Shown here: one piece after another, positions 1 to 11,625 of the stretch
Layout: each line of letters begins with the position of its first letter
How positions within the stretch are numbered: position 1 is the stretch's first letter
DNA from: Planctomycetota bacterium
Lineage (GTDB): Bacteria > Planctomycetota > UBA1135 > UBA2386
NCBI GenBank assembly: GCA_046290465.1
Contig: JBKAGP010000001.1
Coordinates: 3,968,001 to 4,032,000 of the forward strand
Direction of reading: 5' to 3'
Length of the DNA stretch: 64,000 nt
Position numbers and translations under genes: made by a program
Notes under the pieces: generated by a model
Database searches by the model: none
Seen by the model: the letters and a program-made list of their open reading frames with translations, nothing else
Told to the model about the DNA's origin: nothing

Positions 1-2219
1 TGTAGTGCAGCACCGACAACGCGCGCCCATTGCTCGAACCCTCCCATGCGGATCAAGTCCGAAGGAATGGGAGATCCAGCATCGCGCCAGGCGAACACGA
101 TCCCGAGCAGCGCCTCCAGAGCGGCGCGCCGGCGTTCCTTCGCATACCGCCGGATGTCCGGGTGCTTGAAGTCGCGACGGTTCTCTGGCCGGCCATCAAC
201 GGGTTGGAGGCGGATCGGAACTGTCCGTTTCGCGAGCTCGCTCGTGACCTTCGGGTTGTTGCCCGACATGACGACGATCAGTGTGTTGTCCAGCGACGTG
301 AGAGCAGACTTGCCCAGCAGGCGCCCGGACCAGACCCGTGAGGTGCCGAGTGATGCGAGCCCGGGGCTGTCGAGGACCTCCTCCGGTGGCAGATTGTCGA
401 AGTGCACGAGCGTTGTGCCGGCCAAGAGGCTCGACGTGATCCGCTTTTCGCGCTCCTCTTCCGTGCGTCCGAGTTGCAGGACAGGCGCATCATCGCGCCC
501 GAGGATCACTCTGCCGAACGCTGTGTTGATCAGGAGACCCTTGCCTGTGCGTTCCAGCGGAGCGTGAACGAGGTGGAAGGGTATCGAGCCGTCGATGGCT
601 TCGCGGCATAGCGCCGTGAGCATCATCCCGATGACGTTTTGGCGCGAGGCGTCGTCAGCGAAAGGGAAGTCGAATAGGAGGTCTTCAAGGACGGCGAGAG
701 CGCCTTCCGGTTGCGGCTGTAGGTCGGCGAGTTCTTCATCGCGGTCGTAGACGATCCCGCACTCGTTCCAGCCCGGTTGGAGGATCTCCAACGAAGAGTC
801 GAACGCGGGATAGCTGACGATGCCGCGCAGCTCGCGCAGCCCGGGCGCAGTTCGAGCTGTGCTGAGCACGACCGCGGACAGGTCGCGTGAGCATGGCTTG
901 AACCGTCGCATGACGTCCTCACGTTGCTTGCTTGCGACCTCGGTGACGAGGTGCATGTGCTGGTCGATGACGGCTCGCAACCGATGTTCATCAACCAAGT
1001 CGAACTTCAGTTGGCCTCGCTCGCGCACGACCTCGCCGACTTGCCCACCCCGACGGTACAGGGCGCCCGGAGGCAAGGCGCGGAGTGCCTGTTCAACAAA
1101 TCGGTCTATGCCAACGCGGCCCGACGCATGGTCGCCAGGAACAAGAACGGTGACACGGGAAGCGGGCCCGACGAGTGACGCACCGTGTCGTCGATCCACC
1201 CCACCGGCGACTCGTCCAGCCGCGCCTTCTCGTCCCTCGATCGGCGAAGTGCTACGGGACCGATATCGCTGCCGCCACCCGGGATCGGCGTCGTCGAACA
1301 TGCCGAACAAGCTCGCGATGCTGCTTCCGGCGATTCCCGGCCACTTGCGACGGATCTCGTCTTCGTCGAATTGTTCTGACGACTTGGAGAACTCGATCCA
1401 GAGGCGCAGTCCATCGTCTCCGAGCGCACGAAGGGCGCTACCTACCCGGAACCAGCTGTCGTAGCCGGAGTCCGGGTCGAGCAGTCGTTCATGGACGAGC
1501 CCCCACTCGGCGCGATCGAAATCACGCTCCTCGACTCGGGGCGGCGAAGACGAACGCTTCGATTCGGGCTCTTTCCCGTAGATCCCCAGGAACTCCAGCC
1601 AGGCTTGGTTGGGCACCACGGGGTCGCATTCGAGAATCGAACGGTCTTCGACCCACTCGTATCGCTTACCCGACTGGTGGATGGAAGGGGGCACGACGAC
1701 TTGGTGGTGGCAAGTCCGCAGGTCGACGCCGCCACCGGCCTCCTTGAACCGCCGGGCGATCTTGGCTTTCACGCTGTCGACCTTGATGCCGCTGGGAAGC
1801 CTGAGCCAGTGATGGCACCCGCCTCCACCCGTGCGCGCGAGGGGACCAGCGAGCGGACCCAGGTCTGCTTCAAGCCTGGCCATGGTCTTGGCGCCGCCGT
1901 TCCGCGGATCAACATCGAGGACGAACTCCTCAGGAAGCGGGCACATGCCGATGTTTGCCGTCGCGTAGCGCCCCCAGGCGCGGTGTACCGCCGCCCGGTC
2001 CGTGATGAGCTTATCCAGCCACCCCTTCTCACGGGGGTGCTTGCCGGTCGCGTCGGCCCCGCCTTTGGAAGGGCAGCCGCCGCGTGCGTTTCCACACGAG
2101 CACGATGCGTCCGCCGTGGGCTCGTGCAGTAGCACCAAACGCTTCCCGCCATCGACGTAGCGGCAGGCGTCGCCGAGGTTGCTCTCGGGCGACTGCCCGA
2201 TGGAGTTCTTGGAGTTCAT
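1..2219 (-). CDS. Bifunctional primase-polymerase (Prim-Pol) + PriCT-2 + P-loop helicase-like replication protein; 3' end runs off the window
   Basis: Absent from the ORF track (no stop inside the window); translated by hand from ATG at 2219. Shows CSCG..GKHP..GW, NIG, FVLDVDPRNGG, RTGGGGCHHW, VDLR..VVVPPSIHQSGKRYEW (Prim-Pol); YDSWFRVGSALRALGDDGLRLWIEFSKSS..W (PriCT-2); APLERTGKGLL and LVHFDN (Walker A/B-like). Frame checked at 2217, 1461 and 45. Confidence 0.85.
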   Translation of the reverse strand, partial: MNSKNSIGQSPESNLGDACRYVDGGKRLVLLHEPTADASCSCGNARGGCPSKGGADATGKHPREKGWLDKLITDRAAVHRAWGRYATANIGMCPLPEEFVLDVDPRNGGAKTMARLEADLGPLAGPLARTGGGGCHHWLRLPSGIKVDSVKAKIARRFKEAGGGVDLRTCHHQVVVPPSIHQSGKRYEWVEDRSILECDPVVPNQAWLEFLGIYGKEPESKRSSSPPRVEERDFDRAEWGLVHERLLDPDSGYDSWFRVGSALRALGDDGLRLWIEFSKSSEQFDEDEIRRKWPGIAGSSIASLFGMFDDADPGWRQRYRSRSTSPIEGREGAAGRVAGGVDRRHGASLVGPASRVTVLVPGDHASGRVGIDRFVEQALRALPPGALYRRGGQVGEVVRERGQLKFDLVDEHRLRAVIDQHMHLVTEVASKQREDVMRRFKPCSRDLSAVVLSTARTAPGLRELRGIVSYPAFDSSLEILQPGWNECGIVYDRDEELADLQPQPEGALAVLEDLLFDFPFADDASRQNVIGMMLTALCREAIDGSIPFHLVHAPLERTGKGLLINTAFGRVILGRDDAPVLQLGRTEEEREKRITSSLLAGTTLVHFDNLPPEEVLDSPGLASLGTSRVWSGRLLGKSALTSLDNTLIVVMSGNNPKVTSELAKRTVPIRLQPVDGRPENRRDFKHPDIRRYAKERRRAALEALLGIVFAWRDAGSPIPSDLIRMGGFEQWARVVGAAL

Positions 2220-2346
2220 AGCCTGTGGCGCTCACCGCACTTGCGGTCGAGCTCTCACAGGGGGGGCTGACTTTCGACAGCTCTTCGTCGAAACGCGTCC
2301 TGCTCCGTCCAAGAACGTCGTAGGACGTCGGAAAATGGCCCGCCGC

Positions 2347-4173
2347 CTACCTTCGCCCTGGCTGATTTGGGCTGGTTCGGTCGTGGAATCCGGCCTCTCG
2401 GCGCACGCCTGGGTTGCTCATCGCGGCGTCAACAGCGCGGTCTTGGCGGGCCTTCTGACAATCCTGATCAGCACGTTCTCGAGCGCGCTTTTCCAGATTG
2501 CACCACCAAGCAAGCAAGCGGCCTTCATTCGCCATCACCTTGCGCATCCCCCGCTTCGTGATCGGGCCGCCCAGTTGCTCGTTGAGCTTCTTGACCTTCT
2601 CGCGATCGTTGCGGTTCTTCGCCTCGAATCCGAGCGCAGGGAGGATCTCGGGCCAGCCGTGCAGCATCGTCGCGTTGGCGCCGTCCTCGGCTCGTTCAGC
2701 GGCGGCCGCTTGGGGGGCATGGGGCTCGTTGACTTGGTCATCCGCCTCTGGTTCTGGGGCCGCGGGTTCCCGACGGGCACCGGATTCAAGGAGGCGTTGC
2801 GTGTCCTTGACACCCGACTGTCCCTGGAGAAGTTGTTCGTCGATTGGCGCCGCCGTGATGCTCGCGAGAAATGTGCACATTCGAGTTCCCAGACGTCCGA
2901 TCTGCAGGAAGAGCGTGTGTTCATGTTCTGCAGTCTCCGCACGGTCGCTCGTAGCTTCGATCCACTGACTGCTACCCTCGGCTGATCCCGGCTCTGTGGA
3001 CTGGGCCCGCACACTCACGTCCGGGAGCATGATCTCGGAAGCGGTTCCTGTCATTCGGCCCAACCAGCTTGAGGCGGCCTCGAGAAAGATCAGCCTCCGC
3101 AGAAAGGAGCCGTGCGGACGGCTCATGATGACCTCTTGCCGTGCCGGGTGTTCGTGTACATCCAGCTTGTAGGCGAGGCGGGCGAATCCGACCTTTTCGG
3201 GCCAAGCGCCGAGCCTTTCGGTCGCCGACCTGAAGGCCGTGAATCTCGGTCGGGGATGCGGGGCGGTCCACCACCCAAGCCAAGTCGGCGGCTTGTTGGG
3301 CATGGGCACGGCGCCGAACGCCAAGAGGCGCAAGAGGAGTCCTCCAGCCTCGGAAAGCTGCGTCCGCATGCTCTCGACGATCTGCCAAGAAGGAGCGCGT
3401 CGGAGGGAATCCGTGTCCTTCTCCAGGGACCTCGCCAGCTCGATCAGTGACTGAGCGGTTCGTCGCCGATTGAGGTGACCGATCCGAGATCGCACCAAGC
3501 GGAGCGACTTGACGCTCTGGGGCGGAAGCCAGTCATCGTGCGCAGCACGATGGCCATGGTTCGGCGACGTGCTGCCATTGGTGCGACCCGTTGTGTTCGG
3601 CATCATGCGCAGGACCCCCGCCCCTTCGCGCTCGGCGCCGCATCGGAGTCGCTGGAGCAGCTTGTGGTCTGCCAGCACCTTGAAGATGTTCAGTCGAGTC
3701 GCGCCTGCTCGGTTTTTGCGGGTGTCCCGCTTGAAGCCGTCGAGCCCGATCAGCTCGTCGTCGAGAATGACGTTCGGCTTCAGGTGCCCGACTGCGATCC
3801 TCCCGAGAGCGAGGCCAAGCTCGTGGTAGCTGGACCTCGCGAGGGGCCCGCACTCGACTGCTTGCGGGCTCGCCGCTGTGAATGCCTGACCAACGGTCGC
3901 CGAGCAGTCGTCGGAATGGCGGCCCCAGAGTTCGTTGGCCTTCTCGACCTCGGAGCTGAGTTCGATGAAGTCGCCACGCCACTGCTGGCGAACCGCGTCA
4001 ACGGTGAAGAACTCAGGGTCAGCGTCTGGGTGCGCGAAGTCGAAGCAGAGAAAGCCCTGCTGATCCCAACCGTCCCGGTGGGCGGCGCGCAGCATATCCG
4101 AGACCTTCCCGAGGATCTTGCGGACCGACTCGTGCAGCTGGCGGTAGGGGTTTTCTTGAAGAAGCTCGATCAT
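2347..4173 (-). CDS. Hypothetical protein (608 aa), possible element-encoded regulator
   Basis: Long ORF co-oriented with and upstream of the primase gene; basic C-terminus; no recognised family. Confidence 0.6.
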   Translation of the reverse strand: MIELLQENPYRQLHESVRKILGKVSDMLRAAHRDGWDQQGFLCFDFAHPDADPEFFTVDAVRQQWRGDFIELSSEVEKANELWGRHSDDCSATVGQAFTAASPQAVECGPLARSSYHELGLALGRIAVGHLKPNVILDDELIGLDGFKRDTRKNRAGATRLNIFKVLADHKLLQRLRCGAEREGAGVLRMMPNTTGRTNGSTSPNHGHRAAHDDWLPPQSVKSLRLVRSRIGHLNRRRTAQSLIELARSLEKDTDSLRRAPSWQIVESMRTQLSEAGGLLLRLLAFGAVPMPNKPPTWLGWWTAPHPRPRFTAFRSATERLGAWPEKVGFARLAYKLDVHEHPARQEVIMSRPHGSFLRRLIFLEAASSWLGRMTGTASEIMLPDVSVRAQSTEPGSAEGSSQWIEATSDRAETAEHEHTLFLQIGRLGTRMCTFLASITAAPIDEQLLQGQSGVKDTQRLLESGARREPAAPEPEADDQVNEPHAPQAAAAERAEDGANATMLHGWPEILPALGFEAKNRNDREKVKKLNEQLGGPITKRGMRKVMANEGRLLAWWCNLEKRARERADQDCQKARQDRAVDAAMSNPGVRREAGFHDRTSPNQPGRR

Positions 4174-4355
4174 CCTTGGGCGTCGTCTTGGGCTGACTCT
4201 CTCGCCGCTCTCCAGCAGTGCCGGGGGCGGATATCAACCCATGCTTGCCTCGCTGCTCGCGAAAACCAACATTGCTGCCGTTCCTGTACATGGACGGGGG
4301 AACTGATTGTGGACAACTGTGCATGGCGGTGCACGGGGGGAGGCGCTGTTGAGGA

Positions 4356-5228
4356 TTATGCTCCGACCGCCGCGCGCAACCGGCCCCGATCAACCTGCGC
4401 GTAGACCGTCGTCGACACGATCGAGCGGTGCCCGAGGGCGTTCTGGACCAGGCGGAGATCGCCGGTCCGATCAAGCAGGGCCGTCGCGAAGCTGTGGCGT
4501 AGCGAGTGCGCTGACTTGCCTCGGACGCCGGCGGCTTCGAACCACCCTGCGATCCGCCGTTGCGCGTTCCGGACGCTGATGCGCCGTTCACCGGCAGTGA
4601 ACACCGGACCCGCGGTTCGGTCTCCGACGAGCTCTCGCAGCGCCTTGGCCGCCGCTGTCGGCAGCACCACCGTGGAGCGCGTGTCGTTCTTGCCGCTGCG
4701 CAGGTGCAGCTCGCCGTGCTCGAAGTCGACATCCTCGATGTCGAGCCCGATCGCGGAGCCGATCCGCACGCCGGCGTGCAGCAGCAGCAGGATCAGCGCG
4801 CGGTCACGCTCGGCGGCGCAGCCTTGGGCGGTCATGAGGACCTCGAGCAGCCGAGTCCGCTCGTCGTCGTGGAGGCCCTTGGGCGGCGGCGGCGTGCACC
4901 GCGCCCTGCGGAGCAAGCGGGCGGGGTTGCTCGCCACCAGGCCCGACTCGTGCGCCCAGCGGGCGAAGCAGCGGATACTTGTCCGCATGGCGTTCGTGCT
5001 CGAGGCCTTCTTTGCTCCGCCTCGCGCGCTGCCCGTGGCCGCGTCGCTCGCGAGGAACTCGGCGATCGCGGCAGGCGACAGGTCGTCGACGTCGGTGCTC
5101 TCGTTCGCCGTGCCCAACCAGTCGATCAGGGCCCGGACGTGCCGCTCATACTGCTTGCGCGTGTGCTGCGAACGTCCATCCGCTCGCAGCTGGACTTGGA
5201 ACTGCCGAAGGGCGTCTTGGAGGTGCAT
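4356..5228 (-). CDS. Tyrosine recombinase, XerC-like
   Basis: RDRALILLLLHAGVR, HSLRHSFAT, LGHRSIVSTTVY catalytic motifs; start taken at MHLQDAL. Confidence 0.92.
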   Translation of the reverse strand: MHLQDALRQFQVQLRADGRSQHTRKQYERHVRALIDWLGTANESTDVDDLSPAAIAEFLASDAATGSARGGAKKASSTNAMRTSIRCFARWAHESGLVASNPARLLRRARCTPPPPKGLHDDERTRLLEVLMTAQGCAAERDRALILLLLHAGVRIGSAIGLDIEDVDFEHGELHLRSGKNDTRSTVVLPTAAAKALRELVGDRTAGPVFTAGERRISVRNAQRRIAGWFEAAGVRGKSAHSLRHSFATALLDRTGDLRLVQNALGHRSIVSTTVYAQVDRGRLRAAVGA

Positions 5229-5384
5229 GACCACATGCACGTCGGTCTCGGCGAGAACATCAAGTCGGCCGGAGACCCACGGAACCGAAGCCTCGCCAGC
5301 AATCCGCAGAACGGCCCCCAGCACGGTCGGCAGGACCGCACCCGGCTCAGAAATCGGGCGCAATCTCGGGAATTGTGCCGCGAT

Positions 5385-5415
5385 TCACCGTTGAAACACC
5401 GTTGCTCAACGGTGA
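5385..5415. promoter_or_regulatory. Direct + inverted repeat TCACCGTTG / CACCGTTG / CAACGGTGA upstream of the recombinase
   Basis: Seen directly at 5385-5393, 5397-5404 and 5407-5415; function is inferred. Confidence 0.4.
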
Positions 5416-5570
5416 GCGGGATTCGAGTGGCACGATCTTTGGCTCAGTTTGAACGAAGTGCGCGGCGGATGAGTCGGGCCGGCTTGGTGCCGGTCAGCGC
5501 GCGTGCCCGGCAGGCTATCGGGCAACCTCTACCGGGGCGTCCCCATCCCCCAGGAGCGCGTCGCATTTGG

Positions 5571-6257
5571 TCAAGCATCTGACGCTGCGCTCTTGCCGTG
5601 TTCGGACGAGGGCTTCTTCGACCCCGTCGAAAGGTCGATCTCGGTCATAAGTGCGAGCATTTCCATCGAGTCTATCCACGCCCAACGCGCGCTGAATACG
5701 AACACAGCGGTCATAGCAAGAGCGGGACCCCACCAACCAAGGGGAATATCTACTCCAGCGAATACCGCGACAATGAGCGAGAGGGCGATCGCAGTAATTG
5801 ATGTCACTGAAATGCTGAACGCGTTCCAGCGGCGGCGAATCCACTTGTGGATTCCCTCGTAGCGAGACTGGATGACGCCGTGGTCGAGGCTCACACCGAT
5901 GTACACCTCCCTCCTTGGGTCGCCCACTCCCTTGCCGCCGAGGATGGCCCACGCTCGCCGAAGAACGTCGGGACGCATTACGACTTCATGCGACCGCCCA
6001 TGACTAAGGCAGAAGATGCAGAAGCCGGCTCGCAGCACGACGAACGAAATTGAGCCGATTGCGACGCCGAGAGTAAAGACGCCCGAGCCGCCGGCAGCGA
6101 GGAGCGCCACGCTTCCTTGCCAAGTGTCTGGCAGGGCAAGCGAGACCGGGAAGACGTTCGCAACAGACTTATCGGTGTCGAGAGCTAGTCCCCACAAGAA
6201 CGAGGCTACGAAGACCAGCGGGGAAACTAGGAAGCGTATTTTTCTGTCTTCGTCCAT
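5571..6257 (-). CDS. Hypothetical integral membrane protein (about 4 TM)
   Basis: 228 aa ORF with four hydrophobic segments. Confidence 0.7.
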   Translation of the reverse strand: MDEDRKIRFLVSPLVFVASFLWGLALDTDKSVANVFPVSLALPDTWQGSVALLAAGGSGVFTLGVAIGSISFVVLRAGFCIFCLSHGRSHEVVMRPDVLRRAWAILGGKGVGDPRREVYIGVSLDHGVIQSRYEGIHKWIRRRWNAFSISVTSITAIALSLIVAVFAGVDIPLGWWGPALAMTAVFVFSARWAWIDSMEMLALMTEIDLSTGSKKPSSEHGKSAASDA

Positions 6258-6519
6258 GCGCCATCGCTCCTATTACTAGTGTAGGTCGAAATCGTCCAAA
6301 AGTCAGGCACGTTCCCCGACATGGAGGCGGCCGAAGCGGGCCTCAAGGAGGCGCGCGCGTGGACGTCGCTCGCCAAGAACTGGCACGGCCTCGATCCCGA
6401 CGTGAGCATATTCTCGTGCTTCGCGGGCAACATCCCGAACGGTCCCAAGTCGGCGAGCAACCTCGTGATGACGATGCTGGCGGGCTTCCCGTTCAAGTCT
6501 CTCAAGGCGGACAAGAAGT

Positions 6520-9500
6520 CTCGGCACCGCCGCGATCGCGCAGCAGCCGACCACCGAGTGCTGCCAACCCGTGTCCGTCAACGACCTCTACGCGCTCTCG
6601 TTGATGCTGGGCGGCGAAGAGGTCCGCACGCAGTTCACCCCGGCCGCGCCGTCGGACCTGGTGCAGCTCGGGGGCGTCGTCTTCGCGCAGGATCCGCTGG
6701 TCGCTCGCAACCCGCAGCGCGCCAGCACGACCGGCGACCACTCGGTCGTGCTGCGCGACGTCGGCATGGGCAGCACCGACGTCTCCACCTATGGCTCCGT
6801 GGTGCGGCGGCTGCCGATGCCCGAGATGCACGACGGCTCGATGGGCGTCGCCCGCCTCTACGGCCGGTGGCTCCTGTTCGACGTCAGCTACCCGACGTGG
6901 CAGGGCTCGGGCACCCCGCTCAAGCCGTCGGTGCCGGTGCCGGACATGTCGGCGGCGCTGCTCGACCTGGACTCCGCCGTGCAGCCACGACCCGGCAGCA
7001 TGCCGGGCCTCTACCTGATGCAGGTCGAGCACGCGGCCGGCACGGCCTTCTACCAATACGGCGGACCTCTCGAGACCGGCGCCAACCCGCAGACGACCGC
7101 GGTGTTCAGCAACGCGGGCATCGGGCAGACGCAGGGTGGCTCGTCGAAGGGCTCGAAGCGACGCAAGCGTGCGGCGGCCGATGCCGCGGCGCCGCTGCCG
7201 ACGATGGTCTACCGGTTCACGAGCAACCTGTCGGGGCGCAGCTTTGGCACGACGCGACCGCGGGGCGGGCCGAGGTCCGGCACGTCGACGGCACCGTGGC
7301 GCAGTACGAGACCTTCAACCCGTACTCGTCGTCCTACCAGCCCAGTCCGCCGCGCACGCTGTGGCGGCTGACGAGCGTTCGCGACCCGTACGACAACACG
7401 TCGTCGTTCGTCTGGAACACGCAGGATCAGCTAGCGGAGGTCCAGTTCGCCTCGGGGCTGACCCAGGTGTTCGACTGGAGCCCCTCGTGGGCGTGGTCCG
7501 GGCAGGACTGCCTGGAGATCCGCTACCAACAGAACGGCGCCAGCCCGCCGGAGGCGGTCGCGCGCACGTGGGGCATCGTGTTCCAGGGTGCGACCAGCGT
7601 CACCGGCGGTCGCTACTTCGGCCGACGCCTGCATCGCGTCTACTCCTCGTCTCGCAAGGTGCTGAACGACAGCACGGGCCAGGATGCGATCGTCATCGAT
7701 GCCGCCGCCGAAGTGACGGCGCAGATCGTGCACGAGTTCGTCTACGACGTCGGCGCCGCCAACGTGCCGCCGTCGCTCTGCGAGTGGCACAAGGTGCACA
7801 GCGGCGCCCCGTTCGCGCAGGCGCTGGTCACGACGTCGCACCCGGATCGCAAGATCCTCGAGACGACCTACCTCGCCGATGGTCGATTCGGGTCCCAGGA
7901 GCGGCCGATGACCGGCGAGAAGCTGGTCGCGAGCTATCCGGTCGCGACGCGGTCCACCGAGGTGCTGACCGGCACGACCATGCAGTCGATCGAGGTCCAG
8001 AAGGTGGGCGGCTCGACGTACCGCTTCGACTACGACAAGTGGTCGGGCCGGCTCTACTCGGAGTTCGTGACGGCGAGCGACGACGCCGACGGGCGTCCGC
8101 GTGCCACCGCGTATCCGAGCGGAGCGGGCAACCCGGCCGCCGGTGTCGAGCCCGAGCAGATCGAACGGTACTGCGTCTACGCCGACGCGACGTGCGCGTG
8201 TCGCCAGCCGATCCGGATGGACGTGCGATCGACGCGGGACGGCGCGACCGTCACCCGTTCTCACGAGTACGAGTACTATCGCGGGCAGCAAGCTGCTGAA
8301 GACCTACCGCGCCCCCAATCCCGAGCACGGGGACGCCGGCCCGTATCCGTCACACGTCGAGTGGACGTATACCTACACGCAGGCTGCGGGAGCCGGCCAG
8401 GTATGGGGCGCCTGGTTGCCGCACACCGAAGCGACGCCCGATGGCACCTACACCTATACGCACACCGACATGCTGGATCGGGTCGATGCGGTCCAGCACG
8501 GCCAGATCCCGGGCACGACGGTCAAGACCATCAGCGATGTGCGGATCCAGGACTCGCTCACCAACGCGCCCAACACGAGCGTGCCGGGCTCGGCGGTGTC
8601 CGAGACCTGGTGGCGCAACCTCTCGAATGCACCCGGTGGCCTCGCCAAGCAGGGCGTCGTCAACGGGCAGGTGCGCCGGAGCGAGGACGGCGACGGGTTG
8701 CGGACCGTCTACTCGTACGACGCCAACGGGCGCCTGACGCGGGTTCTGCAGCGTTCGACCGACCAGACCGACTACGCGCTCAGCGCGATCGGGGACGTCG
8801 AACAGCTGACCCACCATGCCCTCGCGGGGCAGCCGGCGGTCGTCGTCTACGAGCTGTGCGCGTCGGGTCCGGCCGTGCGCAAGGTGACCAGCACCAGCGG
8901 CGGGTTCCTGCGCGATGCGCGCGCCTACTACGACCGCTTCGGCCACCGCACCGTGGTGCAGCGGAACAACCTGGCTTCGAACGGCAGCAAGCCGACGCGG
9001 CACGGGGCAGGCGGTCCGGCCGCCCGCGATTGGATCGAGACGCAGTACCATTATCACCACACGCAACTGATGGAGGTCTACGTCGACCGCAAGCCGTTGG
9101 ACGAGCCGGGCGGCGGGGTCGAACACCTGGTCACCAAGCTGTCCTACGGCGCGGACGGGCGCCTGGCGACGATGACGCGGCCCGGCGGCGGGGTGACGAC
9201 GATCGTGCAGGACGGCTACGGCACCGTGTTCGAGACGGTGACGCGCGACCCGCAGAACGTCGACGAGGTGCGATCTCCGGCGAGCTTCGTCAACGAGTTC
9301 CTCGAGGTCACCGCCACGCGGCAGGTCGCCGCCAACCACGACGGTTCGGGCACGGACGAGCTGTGGACGGTGGTCGAACGCAACGCTGCCGGCGCGATCA
9401 CCTCGGTCACCGAGCCGTCGACGACCGCCCCCGTCGGCTACACCCATTCGACCGGCGGCGCGGTGCATGCATTCGAGGTCGATTGCATGGGCCGCGTCAC

Positions 9501-10450
9501 CGAGACCGAGACGGGCGACGCGACGCAGGTGTTGGCGCGGCGAGCCGTTCGTTACGACCAGCTGTCGCGCGTGATCTGGACCCAGGACGACGCCTTCCGT
9601 CGCGACCTCGGGGGAGCCACTCCGATGGCCGTGCAGCAGACGGCGTGGCAGTTCGTGCCGGCGAAGCAGACCCAGCTCGCCAGGCTGTTGCGCAGCGGTC
9701 TCGACGAGACGACCTACCTGTATGTGGCGAGCACGGGGCGGCTGCAGAGCGCGTCCCAGTCCGGCGACGTGCTCGAATACGACTACCACGCGGGCACGCC
9801 CTACGTGGCGAGCGTCGTGCGCCGGGAGGTCGACGCAGGTCTCGGTGGACTGCGGATCTTCGAGACCGAGTTCGACGTCGATGCGTTCGGTCGCGTCGTG
9901 CTGGCCCGTCGCGGTGCGACCGAAGCCAGCCCGCTCGTGCACGCCTATGCCTACGACAGCCTGGGTGTCCTGGATCGCCACATCGACCCCAAGGGCCTGG
10001 TGCACAAATACCTCCGTGACGGCGTCGGGCGCGTCGTCGAACACGCGCGGGTCGATGGCGCAGCGATTTCCATCGTTACGTCGACCATATTCACCGACTC
10101 GGGTGCCACCCAGGGAGACGGTCGCACGATCCGTCAGGATGTCGATGACAGTGGGAATTCGACCGCTACACACTTCGATTTTGCAGGCCGAGCGTTCATC
10201 CTGCAACGGCCCGGCGCATCGGCGTTGCCGTCGGCCGCGGCGCCGAATGCAGATATGTGTCTGTTCGCGGTATACGATGCCGCGTCGAGGATGACGGACG
10301 TTTACGACGGAGACCAGGGGCGCTGCCGACCCGGCCAACCAGGTGCCGATCGGCACCGTGCATCGTCGCGAGGACTCGATCGGTCGCATCCACGGCGAGC
10401 GCTACAACTTCGCCGCGACCAGCGCCAACGTGCTCGAGGTCCACTCCGAG
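6520..10450 (+). pseudogene. RHS/YD-repeat protein, frameshifted and truncated at both ends
   Basis: YD repeats (YSYDANGRL, YYDRFGHR, YGADGRL, FDVDAFGRV, YAYDSLG, YDAASRM) are spread over three ORF segments. Frameshifts near 7130-7210 and 8280-8290, break at about 10320; no RHS-core end or toxin tip. Confidence 0.8.
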
Positions 10451-10565
10451 TCAGGACGTCGATGACAGTGGCAATTCGACCGCTACACACTTCGATTCTG
10501 CAGGCCGAGCGTTCGTCCTGCAGCGGCCCGGCGCATCGGTGTTGCCGTCAGCCGCGGCGCTGAAT
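10135..10565 (+). repeat. About 114-bp imperfect direct repeat (10135-10248 and 10452-10565)
   Basis: CAGGA(T/C)GTCGATGACAGTGG..GACCGCTACACACTTCGATT..GCCGCGGCGC(C/T)GAAT occurs twice. Confidence 0.9.
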
Positions 10566-10914
10566 CAGGATGTGAGTTGTGCGTGCCTATATGGATGTAG
10601 ACCACGCAGAGAGAGACCAAGCCAATAGGAGGCACGAACAAGCGACGACCAGTACCCCACAAGTTGACCCCCCGGCGGCGCTTACAACACCGCCGGAGGA
10701 TCTAGTTCACCCCGAAGGACGAACCCGTTGCCTCCCAGCATAGCTGGAAGGTCACATCAGGAGAAACCACTTGATGTTCTTGCTCACCAAGCTGGTGGCG
10801 ACATCAGCGCAGATGATCCGCGTTCCTCGATACCGCTACCGCTTGCTGTTCATCACCTTGCGGCTGGTAGAGATATCAGCAGTGATCATCATGATCGTGG
10901 CCTAGCGCCACAGT

Positions 10915-10942
10915 GCATTCCGGAGGACAGCCTCCGGAATGC
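10915..10942. other. Perfect 12-bp hairpin GCATTCCGGAGG-ACAG-CCTCCGGAATGC
   Basis: Seen directly, between the RHS and S8 remnants; terminator or protein-binding site. Confidence 0.55.
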
Positions 10943-11000
10943 CACTTTCGCCTTCCCCAGCGCGTCGTTCTTCGATCCGCGCCAGCGCACACGCCCCTCG

Positions 11001-11625
11001 CTAGGGCGTCCGAAATCCAATGCCGCTGCCGAGCGCCGGCAAGCCCGCTGCGATCGCGTTGGCGACGCTGTAGCCGCTGGACGGGTAGTCGGTGGCGACG
11101 CGCAGCGTGATGTCGGGGTTGAGGCCCGAGACGCCGTGGCCGTCGACATCGGCCGCGATCTCGCCGCAGGCGGCGACGCCGTGGTTGTTGTAGGTCGAGT
11201 TGAAGATCGGTGGGCCGATCAGCGACGCGGCCTTCAGCGGCGCGATGTCCTCGTGCCCGAAGTCCCAGCCCCACTCGATGTCGAGCACCGTGATGCCCGC
11301 GACCGAGGCGCCGGTCAACGCCTGCACCGCGTTGGCGCCGATGCCGTCGGGGCCGGTGCACGGTAGCCCTGCATGGTTGCTGAAGTCGGGCGTAAACGGC
11401 GGACCGTCACCGGGCGGCGGCATCGGCAATTCGCGCGCGTAGGCGAACTCGGCGCTCGGCAGCGCGTTGAGCTGCTGCACCAGCCGTCGCGCGTTCGCGG
11501 CGCTGTTAGCGTGCACCTCGAAGTAGAGCAGCAGGTCGACCGCCGGCCGGGTGCCTTCCGGCGCCGCCGCAAGCTGGCGCGCGCGGATCGACGCCAGCTC
11601 GTCCTCGAGCCCGGCGAAGAACGAG
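11001..11625 (-). pseudogene. S8 (subtilisin-like) peptidase fragment
   Basis: ITVLDIEWGW (Asp) and NHGVAACGEIAA (His) present; ends before the catalytic Ser region; no signal peptide. Confidence 0.75.

Noticed and set aside
6321..10019. 1232-aa ORF as a single protein
   Set aside because: Only the first ~65 codons and about 7200-8285 look coding; the rest is Arg-rich out-of-frame read-through of the RHS pseudogene
8350..10389. 679-aa minus-strand ORF and similar long antisense ORFs (24922-26103, 4560-5582, 3475-4404, 14114-15247)
   Set aside because: Shadow ORFs expected in GC-rich DNA opposite better-supported genes
10135..10565. Diversity-generating retroelement TR/VR pair
   Set aside because: No reverse transcriptase in the window, and mismatches are mostly C/T and not adenine-specific
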